Assembly: GCF_006345805.1 (NCBI RefSeq) | Contig: NC_043006.1 | Span: forward strand, 19,282,001-19,346,000 | Length of the DNA stretch: 64,000 bases | From: Octopus sinensis | Taxonomy: Eukaryota | Reading direction: 5' to 3' | Shown here: positions 24,531-38,661 of the stretch, piece by piece | Layout of the letters: each line of letters opens with the position of its first letter | How positions within the stretch are numbered: position 1 is the stretch's first letter | The notes under the pieces: model-generated | The model's database searches: none | The model's input: only the letters and a program-made list of their open reading frames with translations | What the model was told of the DNA's origin: nothing | Translations under genes and position numbers: made by a program

Positions 24531-25473
24531 TAAATTATTAGAGAGTCATCCACTATGTGGATAACTCTAGTGCTAAAAATAGCTCCGAAGCACCACAGAA
24601 GATCCGTTTCCAACTAGAATCAACACACATTAACTGAAGGAAAGTGAAATACAACGAATAAAATAGATTGACTCTATACATTGTTTCATTACTAATGCAA
24701 TATGTAGTTTTACTTACACTTGCATCTATAAATCTTCGGTAGAGTTTGTCAGAAATGCAATTAATTAGATCGATTCGGGCGTCAAAACACGAGCGGTCCA
24801 ACCAATTACATTTTTGGAGCTATTTTTAAGCACTAGAGTTATCCACATAGTGGATGACTCTCTAATAATTATGTATAAATTTGTATTTCCTCCGTAGTTT
24901 TTTGTGCTAACCACTTGGTGTTAAATTGACGGTATTATTAAATTAATATCGATTTTTCACCCTCATTTATAATTTTATAATTTAACTACGCGGCAGTCAT
25001 ATTTTATTTGATGCGGCATATGTTTTCCAATGGAGTCTAGGCATGCTTTTGGCGCGGAATTTGAGACATAACTAAAAATGTAATTGGTTTGGACCGCTCG
25101 TGTTTTTGACGCCCGAATCGATCTAATTAATTGCATTTCTGACAAACTCTACCGAAGATTTATAGATGCAAGTGTAAGTAAAACTACATATTGCATTAGT
25201 AATGAAACAATTGTATAGAGTCAATCTATTTTATTTCGTTGTATTTCACTTTCCTTCAGTTAAAATGTGTGTTGATTCTAGTTGGAAACGGATCTTCTGT
25301 GGTTGCTTCGGAGCTATTTTTAGCACTAGAGTTATCCACATAGTGGATGACTCTCTAATAATTTATGTATAAATTTTATTTTTCCTCCGTAGTTTTTTGT
25401 GCTAAGCCACTTGGTGTTAAATTGACGGTATTATTAATTAATATCGATTTTTCACCCTCATTTATAATTTTAT
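24525..25473. repeat. Inverted plus direct duplication block
   Basis: 24525-24815 is the reverse complement of about 25075-25370. 24816-24978 directly repeats about 25311-25473. Confidence 0.9.
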
Positions 25474-25474
25474 A

Positions 25475-25542
25475 TCATATAATATATATAATACATTATA
25501 TATATATCTATATATACATATATATAATATATACATAATATA

Positions 25543-25581
<39 letters not shown>

Positions 25582-25639
25582 TAATATATACATATATATC
25601 TATATATATATATATATACATATTATAGATATATATATC

Positions 25640-25671
<32 letters not shown>

Positions 25672-25762
25672 CATAATATATCTATATATATAGATATCAT
25701 ATATATATATTATATATACATATATAATCTAACATATATTATATATATCTATATATACATAC

Positions 25763-25795
<33 letters not shown>

Positions 25796-25940
25796 ATATA
25801 CATATATATACATATATACATATATATATACATATATCTATATATATATATACATACATATATTATCCATATATATATATCTATATATATATTACCTATA
25901 TATACATATATACATATATATATATACCTCTATACATATA

Positions 25941-25978
<38 letters not shown>

Positions 25979-25986
25979 CATATATC

Positions 25987-26018
<32 letters not shown>

Positions 26019-26098
26019 CATATATCTATATATATCTACATATATATATTATACATATATATATATAACATATATCAGATATATATATTATATATACA

Positions 26099-26130
<32 letters not shown>

Positions 26131-27150
26131 CCATATATACATATTATATATATATATATATATACCTATATATGATATATATATACATATATATATATAT
26201 CTATATATAACATATAGATATATATATACATATATATATATATAATACATATATATATATATATATCATATATATATCTATATACTATTATATCTATATA
26301 TACATATATATATATAATATATATACATATATATATATCTATACTATATCTCTAATAGATATATATACATATATATATATATATATATCCATATATATAT
26401 CTATACTCTCATATCTACCTCCTCTATCTACATATCTCCATATCTATATATATATCCATATCTATACATATATATATCTACATATCTATACACTCTATAT
26501 ATCTACATATATACTATATATATATATATACATATATCTATATATCTATATATTATATCATATATATATATACATATATATATATACATCTCTATATATA
26601 TATATCCATATATATATACATATATATATATATACCTCTATATATATATATATACATATATATATACATCTATACCTAATATATACATATCTATATATCT
26701 ATATACATATATATATATCTCGTATATATATACATATATATATACTTATATCTATATATATATATATACCTATATATCTAATAATATATACTATATACTA
26801 TATATCTATATCTAATCTACATCTATATATATATATCTATATATATATATATCTATATATATATCTATACATATATCTACTATAATATATATACATATAT
26901 ATATATATATCTATATATATATATTCTCATATATCTATACCATATCATATATATCTATATATATCCATCTCTATCTCTATTATATATCCTATATCTATAT
27001 CTATATCACATATATATATATATATATATATATCACATACTATATATATATCTATACATATATATATATATATACATATATATATAGTTATCTCTATACA
27101 TAGATATATATACATACATATATATATATATTCTATATATATATATACCT
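25475..27150. repeat. About 1.7 kb degenerate (TA)n/(TACA)/(TCTA) array
   Basis: Seen directly. Confidence 0.97.
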
Positions 27151-27715
27151 CACACACATAACCGTTTCCATATGTCTGTGTTTATTGAAAATATCAGTGT
27201 CTTTATATATTTTTTATTGTGTAGATGAAGATGTGTGTGTATATATGTCATTTGTTGCTTTGTCTATTTTGCTTTTGCCTGTTTTCTATTTGCAATAACA
27301 CCGGCATTCCCATTAGTGTTGTGATTTCTTTTCTTTATATCTCCGACTTACTCGTCTAGTGCGTTTTTTGCTTTCATTTCTTAAAGTTTTTCAAAGCAGT
27401 AGTAGAAAGTTGTTTCTCGTTCATGCAACGGTAAATTTTCATGTACTTCTTCATATTCCTTCGGTGATACCCGCAGGAACACTTCATTATTATGTGTCTA
27501 TAACCCGTTGGTTTACGATAGTAATAAAATCATAAACTGTTTCATTGAAATATAACAATATATTCGTAATTGATTATTATTTGGATAGACGAAATGTTTA
27601 GAATGTGAAACAAGAATGCCTCATGATATTTCTACCGGCTCTTTACGTTCTCTGTTCAAATCCATTATTATATTATATTATTATTATTATTATTATTATT
27701 TATTATTATTATTAT

Positions 27716-27982
27716 TGAGTGAGAGGGCAGTTCATGCCATCAAAGTGACACTGGGGTAAAATATACGAAGCCCAATATACCCATCATGACTACCCGTCTG
27801 ATAAGGGCACACCAGGCACATGCATCACAACCATATGTGCGCGGCATGGTGATCTCATATCAAGATAAACTGCACATGACCTTGCAGGTGGGGCCCAGTT
27901 AGAATTTTCTTCAGGTTGAGTAGCCCATCCCGCTCAAAAGGTCCCTGAATAAGGGTTGTTTAAGGATGTTGAAAAACCCACC
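27716..27982 (-). mobile_element. Family 4 repeat, truncated, between (ATT)n arrays
   Basis: Matches 17577-17845. Confidence 0.85.
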
Positions 27983-28031
<49 letters not shown>

Positions 28032-28052
28032 GTTGTTGTTGATGTTATTGTT

Positions 28053-28455
28053 AAGGCGGAGAGCTGGCAGAAACGTTAGCCCGCCGGACATGATGCTTGG
28101 TAGTATTTCGTCTGCCGTTACGTTCCGAGTTCTAATTCCGCCGAGGTCGACTTTGCCTTTCATCCTTTCGGGTGTCGATTAAATAAATACCAGTTACGCA
28201 CTGGGGTCGATATAATCGACTTAATCCCTTTGTCTGTACTTGTTTGTCCTATCTGTGTTTAGCCCCTTATGGGTAGTAAAGAAATAGGTATTTCGCCAGT
28301 CGCTACGTTCTGAGTTCAAATTCCACCGAGTTCGACTTTGTCTTTCATCCTTTCGGGTTCGATAAATTAAGTACCAGTGAAACACTGGGGACGACGTAAT
28401 TGACTACCCCCCTTCCCCCAAATTTCCGGCTTTGTGCCTATAGTAGAAAGAATTA
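28053..28455 (+). mobile_element. SINE family 2 dimer
   Basis: Head plus one unit, junction aaagaaatag|gtatttcg at 28287/8, then a second unit with a different tail. Confidence 0.85.
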
Positions 28456-28596
28456 TCATTATTGATTTTTTCCCTCTTTCTTCAATATTTTTCCATTTCT
28501 CGCCGAGTGTGTTCTCTACACCTAGGGCAGAGAAGCTCATTGCATGTATTCCCAGATTACACACGCACATTCACAGGTAAAATATGTATTTAAAAA

Positions 28597-29260
28597 TTAA
28601 TAAATAAATAAATTTATACATTTATATCCGCATCCAGTTCTATTTAGCATATCAGATAGAGGTGACAATGCCAAGCAGAAAAAGAGTGGAGAGAGCGTGT
28701 CTCCCTGGAATATTCCTCTTGTAATGGGGATGGCTTTGGTTTTCATGAGTCCCTCTTTTGTTTGGAGCTGTAGCACTGTTTGCCATTTATTCATAGAGTG
28801 CCCCCTGATCTTATAATTGTTGGTGCTACTTTGTTAATGGCTAGTGTTTCCATGTGTGGGGGATGCTATCAAACGCCTTTTTGTAGTCGATCCAGGCCAT
28901 ACTGAGGCCTTTCTTCTTTCTGTGGCTGTCTTCAGTTATGGCTTTATTAATCATTAGTTGATCTTTACAGCTATATGAGCCTTTGCGGCATCCTTTCTGC
29001 TCTTCTGGAAACAGGTTGTTTTCGTCCAGGTGCTTATTCAACCTTTGCGATATCACTGCAGTAAATGCCTTGTACATTGTAGGGAGAAGGGTTATTGGTC
29101 TATAGTTTTCTGATTTTGCTGTCTCATTTGATTTGGGAATTAAGATGGTTTTCACCTTCGTGAGCCATTCAGGCATTGTCTCTGGCTCTGCTAGCATGTT
29201 GTTAAAGTTTTCAACCAGCTTTTTGTGCATTCCTGCTAGATATTTCAACCAGAAGTTGGG
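28597..29260 (-). mobile_element. R4/Dong-clade LINE reverse transcriptase fragment
   Basis: PEWLTKVKTILIPKSNETAKSENYRPITLLPTMYK...PEEQKGCRKGSYSCKDQLMINKAI...LSMAWIDYKKAFDSIPHTW, and RGIFQGDTLSPLFFCLALSPLS. Confidence 0.92.
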
Positions 29261-29261
29261 G

Positions 29262-29318
<57 letters not shown>

Positions 29319-29321
<3 letters not shown>

Positions 29322-29590
29322 TAGTTTTATTTTTTATAGCGTGCTTTCACTTCACTACCGAGCGCAGCTCTGTGTGCCTTGGGTATGTGCTGTGATTTGT
29401 TGTGATGCTCTGATGGTTATTGTATAGAAAGTGTTCTGCGTAGAATGTGTGCAGTGCCTAGTAGTGCAATTTTCTGTATGTTATATGTGTTTGTAAGTCC
29501 TGGTGTTTTTGTTATGTATTTGTCTGATTATTTTTTTATCATGCCTAATGCACCTACTATGATAGGAATTGTTTCTGTTTTTAGATTCCA
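29319..29590 (-). mobile_element. R4/Dong-clade 3' end between two (ATT)n arrays
   Basis: Nearly identical to part of 53968-54387; encodes the end of the RLE domain. Confidence 0.88.
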
Positions 29591-29647
<57 letters not shown>

Positions 29648-29807
29648 GCCAGTGAGCCAGCAGGATTGTTAGCACGCCGGACAAAATGATTAGCGACATC
29701 GAGGATGCCTTTCAAGCAGTAGAGTCAGTGTAATTGACATAACGCCTTCCCTGAAATTGCTGGCCTTTGAAACTCTTATTATTTTATGAATGATAAATTA
29801 AAAAAAG

Positions 29808-30260
29808 AAGGCGGCAAGCTGGCAGAATCGTTTGCTCGCCGGACGTTTTGAGTTCAAATTCCGCCGAGATCGACTTTGCATTTTATCCTTTCGGGGTCGA
29901 TGAAATCAGTAACAGTTGAACACTGGGGGTCCATGTAGTTGACTAGCGCCTACCTGTGTTTCCTATTGTAGAGAAGATTATTATTACTCGCGGGATCGCC
30001 GAAATTCCCCAACATATTTGAAAACGTTCATATAGGAAATCCAAACAAGGCGGCGAACTGGCTGGATCGTCAGCATGCCGGACAAAATATTTAGCAGCAT
30101 TTCATCCGTCTTTACGTTTTGAGTTCAAAATCTACCGGAGTCGACTTTGCCTTTCATCCTGTCGGGGTCGATAAGATAAGTACCAGCTGAGCATTGGGAT
30201 CGATGTAATCGATTGACACTGTCCCACGAACTTGCTGTACTTGTGCCAAAATTTGAAAAT
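29808..30260 (+). mobile_element. Two diverged SINE family 2 copies
   Basis: aaggcggcaagctggcagaatcg at about 29808 and aaggcggcgaactggc at about 30047, each with gactttgc.ttt.atcct..cggggtcgat. Confidence 0.75.
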
Positions 30261-30665
30261 AATATATTTTAACTCAAAGAAAGAATTTCAAATAATTTTT
30301 TTTCAAAACTTGTTATGTAATCAAAGTTGTACTTTTAGATATAACACTTCATTTGAGTTCAAATATCTATCAATTTGTATATTACATCTGTCAGTATTCC
30401 TCTGTCAGCACCCTTTTTTCATCTGTCTCTCTCTCTCTAATTAACTATCATATCTATTGTCCCTTCTGCCAACGTATGCTTAAGTCTATTCTCATAATAC
30501 TCGTAAGCATTTAAAGTAAAACATAAAAAGTGTAACATCCACAGTTATTTGCTAACTAATGGTAATTTCACTAATAGTTTCATTATCTTAAACGTTTCTG
30601 CTGTGCCTGCCTGCGATTTGAACAAACAAATGTAGAATAAAACATACCTTCTCCCCCCAACCACC

Positions 30666-30705
<40 letters not shown>

Positions 30706-30706
<1 letters not shown>

Positions 30707-30805
30707 TTATTATATAGAAGGAGCTTCTACAGGACTAGAACTGTTTCATTCATGTATTGAGTACCTTATTTACTGTGGTTAACCCCGAATCAACCCGGGA
30801 CCTAC
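30706..30805 (+). repeat. 100-bp TA-flanked module, copy 1
   Basis: Identical to 32525-32624. Confidence 0.95.
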
Positions 30806-30817
30806 ATATATATATAT

Positions 30818-32450
30818 ATAAACCTACAGACTCACAACAATACCTCCTCTTTAGTTCATGCCACCCAAAACACACCAAGACAAATATCCCTTTTAATTTA
30901 GCTAAAAGGGTATGCACCATTGTCTCGGAGACATTGTCTCAAGACTTCAAAAAAACACTATTACAACGTCAATATCCCTCCACCCTTATAGAGTATGGAA
31001 TAAAACGCGCCAAAGAACTAGACAACACTACACTGAAAACCACCCAACCTAACACCTCACACAACCTCAAAATACTTCCATACATTTCCACCCACAACCC
31101 CAAAAATATCGAAGCATACACCACAATCATACAAAACCTCAGTCTACTGTCAACAGACCCAAAAATGAAAAACATTATAAATACACACAAAATCCTCAAA
31201 TGCAAAAGCAACACAAATCTTTAAAAAAACTCTTGACAATGCCAAACTTCACACACCACATCCACCCCCAACAGTAAAAAAATGTGCACGCTCAAACTGT
31301 GGTACCTGCCCCTTTCTACTTGAAGGCTCTGAATTTACCTTCAAACAAGGTACGAAGTTTAAAATCAAGACTAACTTCTCCTGTTCCTCCGAGAACCTTA
31401 TCTACGTTCTCACATGCGCTGGTTGCCAACATAATTATGTTGGACAAACGAGTCTCCCGTTACGTAAACGAGTAACGGTGCATAAAGAACAAATAAATCT
31501 CCCGGAATACCGACAAATTCACTGAGTGACCACTTAGACTCATGTGCTAAAGACTTAAACCCCAAATTCTATATATTCCCCTTCTACCAATGTAAAGACG
31601 GAATCACCACACAGGAGAGAATTAACAAGGAAATCTCTTATTGAAAAATTCCAAACACAACTTAATATGCAAACTCCTCGTTGATCAAACTTCCTTTCTC
31701 TACCTCACTCTTCATGGATGGACTAACACAAATATATAAAGATACCATGCATTCATCACTTCAAGCTAAAACTATATTCTTTAAATATCATTTTTACTAT
31801 TGTTGTTATTACTATCATTTTTATTATAAATGATATGACAATTTGAAATGCAATTGTCTATGCAGATTTATATTATTAGAAAATAATATAAATAAAGTGT
31901 TAAAATCTGAAAGTTAAGTTAACAAGCAATTATATAAAAAAGATAATGCAAATGAAGCTAAAATGATAGTTTTATAATTTGGGTTTTATTGAAGAACTCA
32001 AAAGAGTTGTCTCCCCTTACTCACAACACAGGAACTGAAAAACCAGGACCACAATTACTACTACTTCCTGTCCTGCAAACATGCTGAATTTAACAACACA
32101 ACACAACACATGCTCTTAATCCCTTTGGATCTTAACACCTCAAGGTAATTTTTTCGTAAACAACCATAAAACTCAAGATACACAACGAACTCACAATGTA
32201 TCGGAGAACTTATTTTTAATTTTTGTACATTTTTATCATTATTCTTTTACAAAAAACAATGCAATTTTCTTTTTTTCCCTTTCTAATTTTAAAAAACTTC
32301 TTAAAACAAATATTCTTGACAAGTCATACAATGACGAAAACCGGTTGAATAAATATATATTTATATATTTTATCATTTTCTCATTTTATTAAAATTTTCT
32401 TTCATTTAGCATTCTGCATTTTTAAAAAGATGTTTCCTTACTTACTATAA
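30818..32450 (+). mobile_element. Penelope-like element 3' portion (end of RT, GIY-YIG, 3' region with hammerhead)
   Basis: YKPTDSQQYLLFSSCHPKHTKTNIPFNLAKRVCTIVS, then KCARSNCGTCPFLLEG...SENLIYVLTCAGCQHNYVGQT, frameshifted. Confidence 0.9.
32311..32351 (+). ncRNA. Minimal type I hammerhead, U3-A8 variant with one extra A
   Basis: TATTC TTGACAA GTC atacaat GAC GAAA(A) C CG G TT GAATA. Stem I has 5 perfect bp, stem II has 3 bp, and the triplet is GUU. Confidence 0.7.
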
Positions 32451-32524
32451 TATATATATATATATTATATATATATATATTCTCCATTGGAATTATTATA
32501 GACGGTATAATAAATATATATATA

Positions 32525-32624
32525 TTTATTATATAGAAGGAGCTTCTACAGGACTAGAACTGTTTCATTCATGTATTGAGTACCTTATTTACTGTGGTTA
32601 ACCCCGAATCAACCCGGGACCTAC
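32525..32624 (+). repeat. 100-bp TA-flanked module, copy 2
   Basis: Identical to 30706-30805. Bracketed by a 26-bp direct repeat at 32481-32506 and 32654-32679. Confidence 0.95.
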
Positions 32625-32679
32625 ATATATATATATATATATTTTTTTTTTTTTCTCCATTGGAATTATTATAGACGGT

Positions 32680-32886
32680 GTGCTGGCAGAATCATTGGCA
32701 ACATTTCATCTGCCTTTATGCTCTGAGTTCAAATTCCGCCGAGATCGACTTTGGTTTTCATCCTTTCGGTGTCGTTAAAATAATTACCAGTGACTCATTA
32801 GGGTCGACATAATCGACTAGCCCTTTACTACTAAAATTTCAGACCCTGTACCAATTGTAGAAAAAATTCTTCTTCTTCTTCTTCTT

Positions 32887-32944
<58 letters not shown>

Positions 32945-33160
32945 CGGTGAGCTGGCAGAATCGTTAGCAAGGCGGACGAAATGCTTAGCAGTATTTCGTC
33001 TGTCATTACGTTCTGAGTTCAAATTCCGCCGAGGTCGACTTTGCCTTTCAGCCTTTCGGGGTCGATAAATTGAGTACCAGCGAAACAGTGGGGGTCGATG
33101 TAATCGACTAGTCCCCTCCTCACAAATTTCAGGCCTTGTGCTTATAGTAGAAGGGATTAT
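32680..33160 (+). mobile_element. Two SINE family 2 copies separated by (CTT)n/(ATT)n
   Basis: gctggcagaatc...gagttcaaattccgccgag at about 32681 and 32942. Confidence 0.82.
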
Positions 33161-33699
33161 TGTAATTACTATTATTAATAATGCTACGTTTATCATTATA
33201 AATGATGTTATCTGGCAACATTGCTAATAAAATGAAATATGTCCAACATCCAACCAGCATAGCCGAAGCTGACTAATCGTTATTCCTCACCGTGACAACG
33301 ATGTGTTAACATGGAGTAAACATACAATGTGTTTAATTAAAATTCTATATTTGGCTGCTAAAAATCAATATTAATCAGAAACAGTTTAAAATTTTATGAA
33401 AGTATCCAGTGTTCATTAGTAATACAAAGTTCAAATGTAAACCGTAATTTTCTTGTTTAATTGATGCTCGCGTGTTGTTTTGATTGGAAACTATTCCTTG
33501 AAGGGATAAATTGTCTTCGTTTCATTGTTACGATAAATTTAATTTTTCTTCTCACCTTTATTCATGTTGTTCTTAGTACAGACTTTTCCCTTGCTCAAGA
33601 ATATATTTGTTGTTTTTGAAATTGTTATATAATAATTAATTCTTGTTTAGGCAGACATCCAACTTTGGTTTCCAACAAAGTCAAAGAGACAAGCAGCAG

Positions 33700-33960
33700 T
33701 AAAACGTGTCTCACATACGGTTATCACACTCGTTCACCGTTGCCATTATAGAATTTTTTTCCACATATGTCGTTGTCTCAGCAGTTGCTTAAAGATCACC
33801 AGACATGGAATCGCTAGACTGAACTGGAAAGGGTAGTGACGCCATTTAGCTGCTCTGACAAACCCATATTTCTCAGATAAGTTTTAGTTGATATATCTAA
33901 CAACACTGTCATGTCGTCTTTTGTACTCAGCGACCCATAACATCCCACTCTACGATATTA
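33700..33960 (-). mobile_element. R4/Dong-clade fragment
   Basis: Minus strand gives EYKRRHDSVVRYIN*NLSEKYGFVRAAKW. Confidence 0.65.
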
Positions 33961-34291
33961 AATGAAAGTGCGTGTGGCATAATATAGCCAGATGTTTCCT
34001 TGGACAGGGCATAACACAGCGGTGGTAGTACATCACCTAAGCCATCTAGGCCCTTCCCAAACATTCGACGTTGTTACGTATGTTGACGTCATCCACATAC
34101 GCTGACTATACTTTGGGAGTCACTTCCAGCAGGAGACTCTTGTGGATAAAGCTGCAAAGGATCGCACAAGTTTGACTGCAATTCCAAAGCCAAACCTTAT
34201 AGCTTTGCCGAAATCCTTGACTTTATTCTATTAGAATTATGGATCAAAATTCCCAAGTATAAACCACTTCTGAGAGCAATTCTCAGCATAA

Positions 34292-34680
34292 GACCTTGCA
34301 GGTGAGGCTCAGTTATAATAATATTCAAGTCGAGTAGCCCATCCCGCTCAAAAGGTCCCTGAATAAGGGTTGTTTAAAGATGTTGAACGAAACACCCATG
34401 TTTCCAAAGGTGAATTATCCAAACCTCCAAGAATTCCTTTCAACACACGGCTATGATGCTCCCCCACTACTTCTGCTCGTGATCAGAGATGCACATATCG
34501 TCAGCCACTAAGGGGCATGCTCAACCGGTTAAGGTCAAACAACCGACAAGCAAATCTGTGGTATTGAGCAGAATATTTGCTGTAGCCCATCTTTTATACC
34601 AAGACAAACAATGTACATAACACTTCCAATCAGTTAAGATCGGAAGCCATGAGAGCCACTGTCTGGTCCTGCATCAGGGC
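34292..34680 (-). mobile_element. Family 4 repeat, partial
   Basis: Matches 17741-18126; followed by (ATT)n. Confidence 0.85.
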
Positions 34681-34725
<45 letters not shown>

Positions 34726-35089
34726 TTTATTTTAATTTTTATAAACCTCGGTCAGCTCTTAAACGGTCCGGACATTTTTTTCTTATTTTGGGGAGAAGTC
34801 AGTAACAATTCTTATAGATCCCCTGTGCTTCCTCGTCTGTACCTTACATGGATAACACTTTTCCTAAAATTCTTGCCGTAGCAAGACCTGTAACATAACC
34901 TGTAACCTTGCATCAGTTCCGATTTTATTTACTCAGGCCTCGAAACTGTCCGATTCACATTTCAATGCTCTCATCACCAATGGAATCACTAAAATCTTCA
35001 TCCCTACAAATTCCTAACCACCTTCTTCAGTGGCTCATGCTTATCCATATTTCTTTGCTCTTTATTTTTCACTCAACAACCTAACTGCT

Positions 35090-36140
35090 GAGAGAGAAAT
35101 ATCGATAATTTGAACCTTTTTATATCTTGTTGATAACTACAATGTCTGGCGTTTTTCCGCAGTCATTTTGTCTCACAGAATTGTGAAGTCCCACAAAAGC
35201 TTAGATTTTGACATTCTCTAACGCTGTTTCTGGTTTCTACTCACACCATTTAGCTGCTCTGACAAAACCACATTTGTCAGATAACATTTAGTGGATATAT
35301 CTGGCAACATTGTCATATAGTCTTTTGTACTCTCGCTGTGCCATCTTAGCATATTCGCTTAGAAAACAGTTGACCGTTTCTCCTTTTGTTCCGCACATTC
35401 TACATAATGGTGATTCTTTCGTTTTGTCAACATGATGTTTAATTTAGTTAGTTCAGAGACCCTGCTCCTGGGCGCTGCACACCAAACCTTTAGTGCATCC
35501 TCTCAGATCGCCATTCCGAGCCAGCTCTTATCCCAACAATGCCTACTGTATCTTTAATACTTACTTCCCTTGCATATGTTTTTCCTTCCATTCCTTGTCA
35601 AGTTCTTTTTTCTCTCTCCTCTTGCATCCGTTCTGTCTTACTGTGTCCATAGAATCCAGTGTGTCGAGGTTTCTTTTGACATGATTTTAACCTTTACATT
35701 TTTAAGGTACCAAGCTAGGTTATTTTCTTTGCTTTTGACATTATTTTCACAACTTTTACTCCTCTGCCTCCTTTCTTTCTTCCAACATAAACTCTCGCAA
35801 CATGACTCCAGGGGTGGAGTCCTTTATGCACTATCCTCAACTTCCTACTTTTTCTGTCAATACTTTTTTCTTCCATTTAAAAACTCCTGCTCCTTAGCGC
35901 ATGTGAGACATGGCCCGTGTATTCGCTGCCTTGATCTTATTCCTTCCATTTAATTTAGACGACATTACAAGTTTCACCTGCCTAAGATATTCTTTTTGAA
36001 CATCATTTCCTTTTCTTTCATCTTATCCGATTCAAGTACTCCTAAATACCTATCCTTATCCCTGGATGACAATTGTATTAACGTTACCATCCACTGCCAT
36101 TCCATATTTGTCGCTTACACGACGCTGTTCTCCCCTTCAT
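35090..36140 (-). mobile_element. Older R4/Dong-clade fragment (end of RT, CCHC knuckle, RLE); duplicated at about 39740-40790
   Basis: DRYLGVLESDKMKEKEM, SPLCRMCGTKGETVN, MAQREYKRL*DNVARYIH and KTPDIVVINK. Confidence 0.8.
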
Positions 36141-37019
36141 TGATATCAGACACACACATCATGCCACTACATTTCCCTCGCACTAACACTCTTGCACCTT
36201 TCCCATTTTATCAAATAATAGCCCAACCCCACCTAGGGGTACCGTTATAGATTTTTATTGAGATCTAATTGACCTAAAATTTGACTGGATGTTAGTTTAA
36301 CATGAATGCGAAGTTTCATGAAGATTGATTAACTGATGTAGGCAGCAAGAGAGTAACAGACAGATTGAGAGACTGAAAGTGCCATTTATGTTAAGCTGTC
36401 AGTTTCGTTCTTATCTTTCGCAAATAACTTTAAACACTCATGAATAAAAGATGGTTGATCTATATACATATGCCATTTTCACTTTTCTAAGGACTTTGGT
36501 CAGTAGTGATGGGGGACATGCAGATGACAAATAAGAGTGGTGATAGGCTGTCTAAGCATACTGCTTCGTATGCTAACAGATCCGAACTGTTCCCTGCAGG
36601 AACTTAACATTGTCTGGCACTTGAATAAATTTCAGGTACTCTCATATTCAGTAATGGGATATCATGTCTCAGACTTCCTTATAGTCCACCCATGCCATGA
36701 CTAAATTCACGTCCTCTCTTTTTAACAATCCGCAAGTATTGTTTTATCAATAAGTAATTGATATTGTGTACCCTGTTATTCGCTTTAGACACTTTCTTCT
36801 CTCTCTGTAGAATTTCGTCCTCCTCAAGGAACTTACACTTGGTCTCAGAGATGATTCCAATCACAAATTTCCACATGAGTGGCCAGAAAGATATAGGTCT
36901 ATAGCTATCTAATAAATTGCTTTAGCAGTGTCCTGACAGGGCACTGTCCTGTGTTATTCATATGTGTATATCTGCCTGGTTGTTTATCAAGTCATTTATC
37001 GCAGTTCAATTTGTTCGCG

Positions 37020-37460
37020 TAAAAAGCCCTGGACACCATGAAGTCCAGGCGCTTTCCTACTGAGAATTTTTTGGGCTTTCATGCATTCCATACCGTTACT
37101 GTTATTTCAATATCAGATTACTTCTCATTTGTTTTCCCTCTATTCCTTCAGCCATTTACCATTTTCATTATTCTATATCTCGTTAGCTCAAATGTTTGAC
37201 CAAATTTTTTTGCTTTCTTCTGCATCCTGTATCACCCTTTCTCGAGACCTTGGTACACTCTTCTCTGATCATACATTCTATTGACACTATTGTTGTGATC
37301 TTTATTCACACCTTTGCAGCTTGGAAGTTTCAGCTTCCATCCTTATTTATACTCCTCAATAACGACATTCATATATTTCTTCAGTATATTATACTTTTCT
37401 ATTTCAAGATATTTATGCCTCTTTTTTATCACTCCTCTCATTTTACGTTCTAATATATTA
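37020..37460 (-). mobile_element. R4/Dong-like RT N-terminal fragment; duplicated at about 41650-42080
   Basis: Minus strand gives RKAPGLHGVQGF, a KAPG.DG-type motif. Confidence 0.5.
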
Positions 37461-37480
37461 ATGTTTTCTTAATTCGTTGA

Positions 37481-37526
<46 letters not shown>

Positions 37527-37711
37527 CCGCTTCGAAACATTTTTCAAAAGACAGGAAATTACGTTGTTAAAATAGTTACCAAATTTGCGTGACATTGCAA
37601 GAAATCTTCAGCTATGTTATGTGTCATTTCTGTTGCGTATTCTTGCCAGAATTAAAATCGCATGGCAACATGCACACAAAGCTCTGCTTGTGTTCACAAA
37701 TAAGCATATAT

Positions 37712-37743
<32 letters not shown>

Positions 37744-37880
37744 GTATGTGTGTGTGTGTGTGTGTGTGTTTATACAAAAAATAAACGTAAACATGTATAG
37801 TGTATATACATATTTTATGCCGCGCTACATGATTGTGCAGTAGATGTACACATAGACACATACACACACATGCATATATT

Positions 37881-37972
<92 letters not shown>

Positions 37973-38661
37973 AAGACACACATGCAAACATTAATCAGAC
38001 GGTATTAATTTGATTCAGTTCCAGCAGATCGGATTATCTGTCTGTTTGACAAACGGATTTGTCGGACGTTTGAATCTATATTCGTTTTGTTTAATAAATA
38101 TTGAGGCACTGGATTTCTATTAAGTCATTAGTTCGGTTCATTCTCTGATGCATTAATCCCAAGATCAAAATCTTTTAAAACACACACCTATTTACACGTG
38201 ATATATATGTTTGTTGTTTGTGTGCGTGTGTGTATCTGTCTGTGTGTCTGTGTGTGTAGCATGCATAGTCAAATTTTTAGGAAGATAGCTTCCCAATCAG
38301 CAAATTTCTAGTTCCATATTACAGAATGGTATCTCGAACATGTGTTTTACCAAAGCCTCGGGTCGATTCAGAGATTGGGAAGGGAAATGAGTTGGCGAAA
38401 GCTGTTTGGTAAACCATTTTGAATGGACTACACTTCTAAATGAATGGGTCTGCCTTGCTACACACAGTGTTACATTGCTTCTTCTAGGGAATTACTTCAA
38501 GGCTACACATAATCTGTGAAATATTCACCATCCTCGCTTATTCGTTGTGTAGGCCATTCCGTAGATTTCACAACTGGAACAGAAATCGTCAAGGCCAATG
38601 GAGTCACTTACTAAAATTGTAGCTGTAAATGGACCAGTATATCGTCGTTGTGCAAACGATA

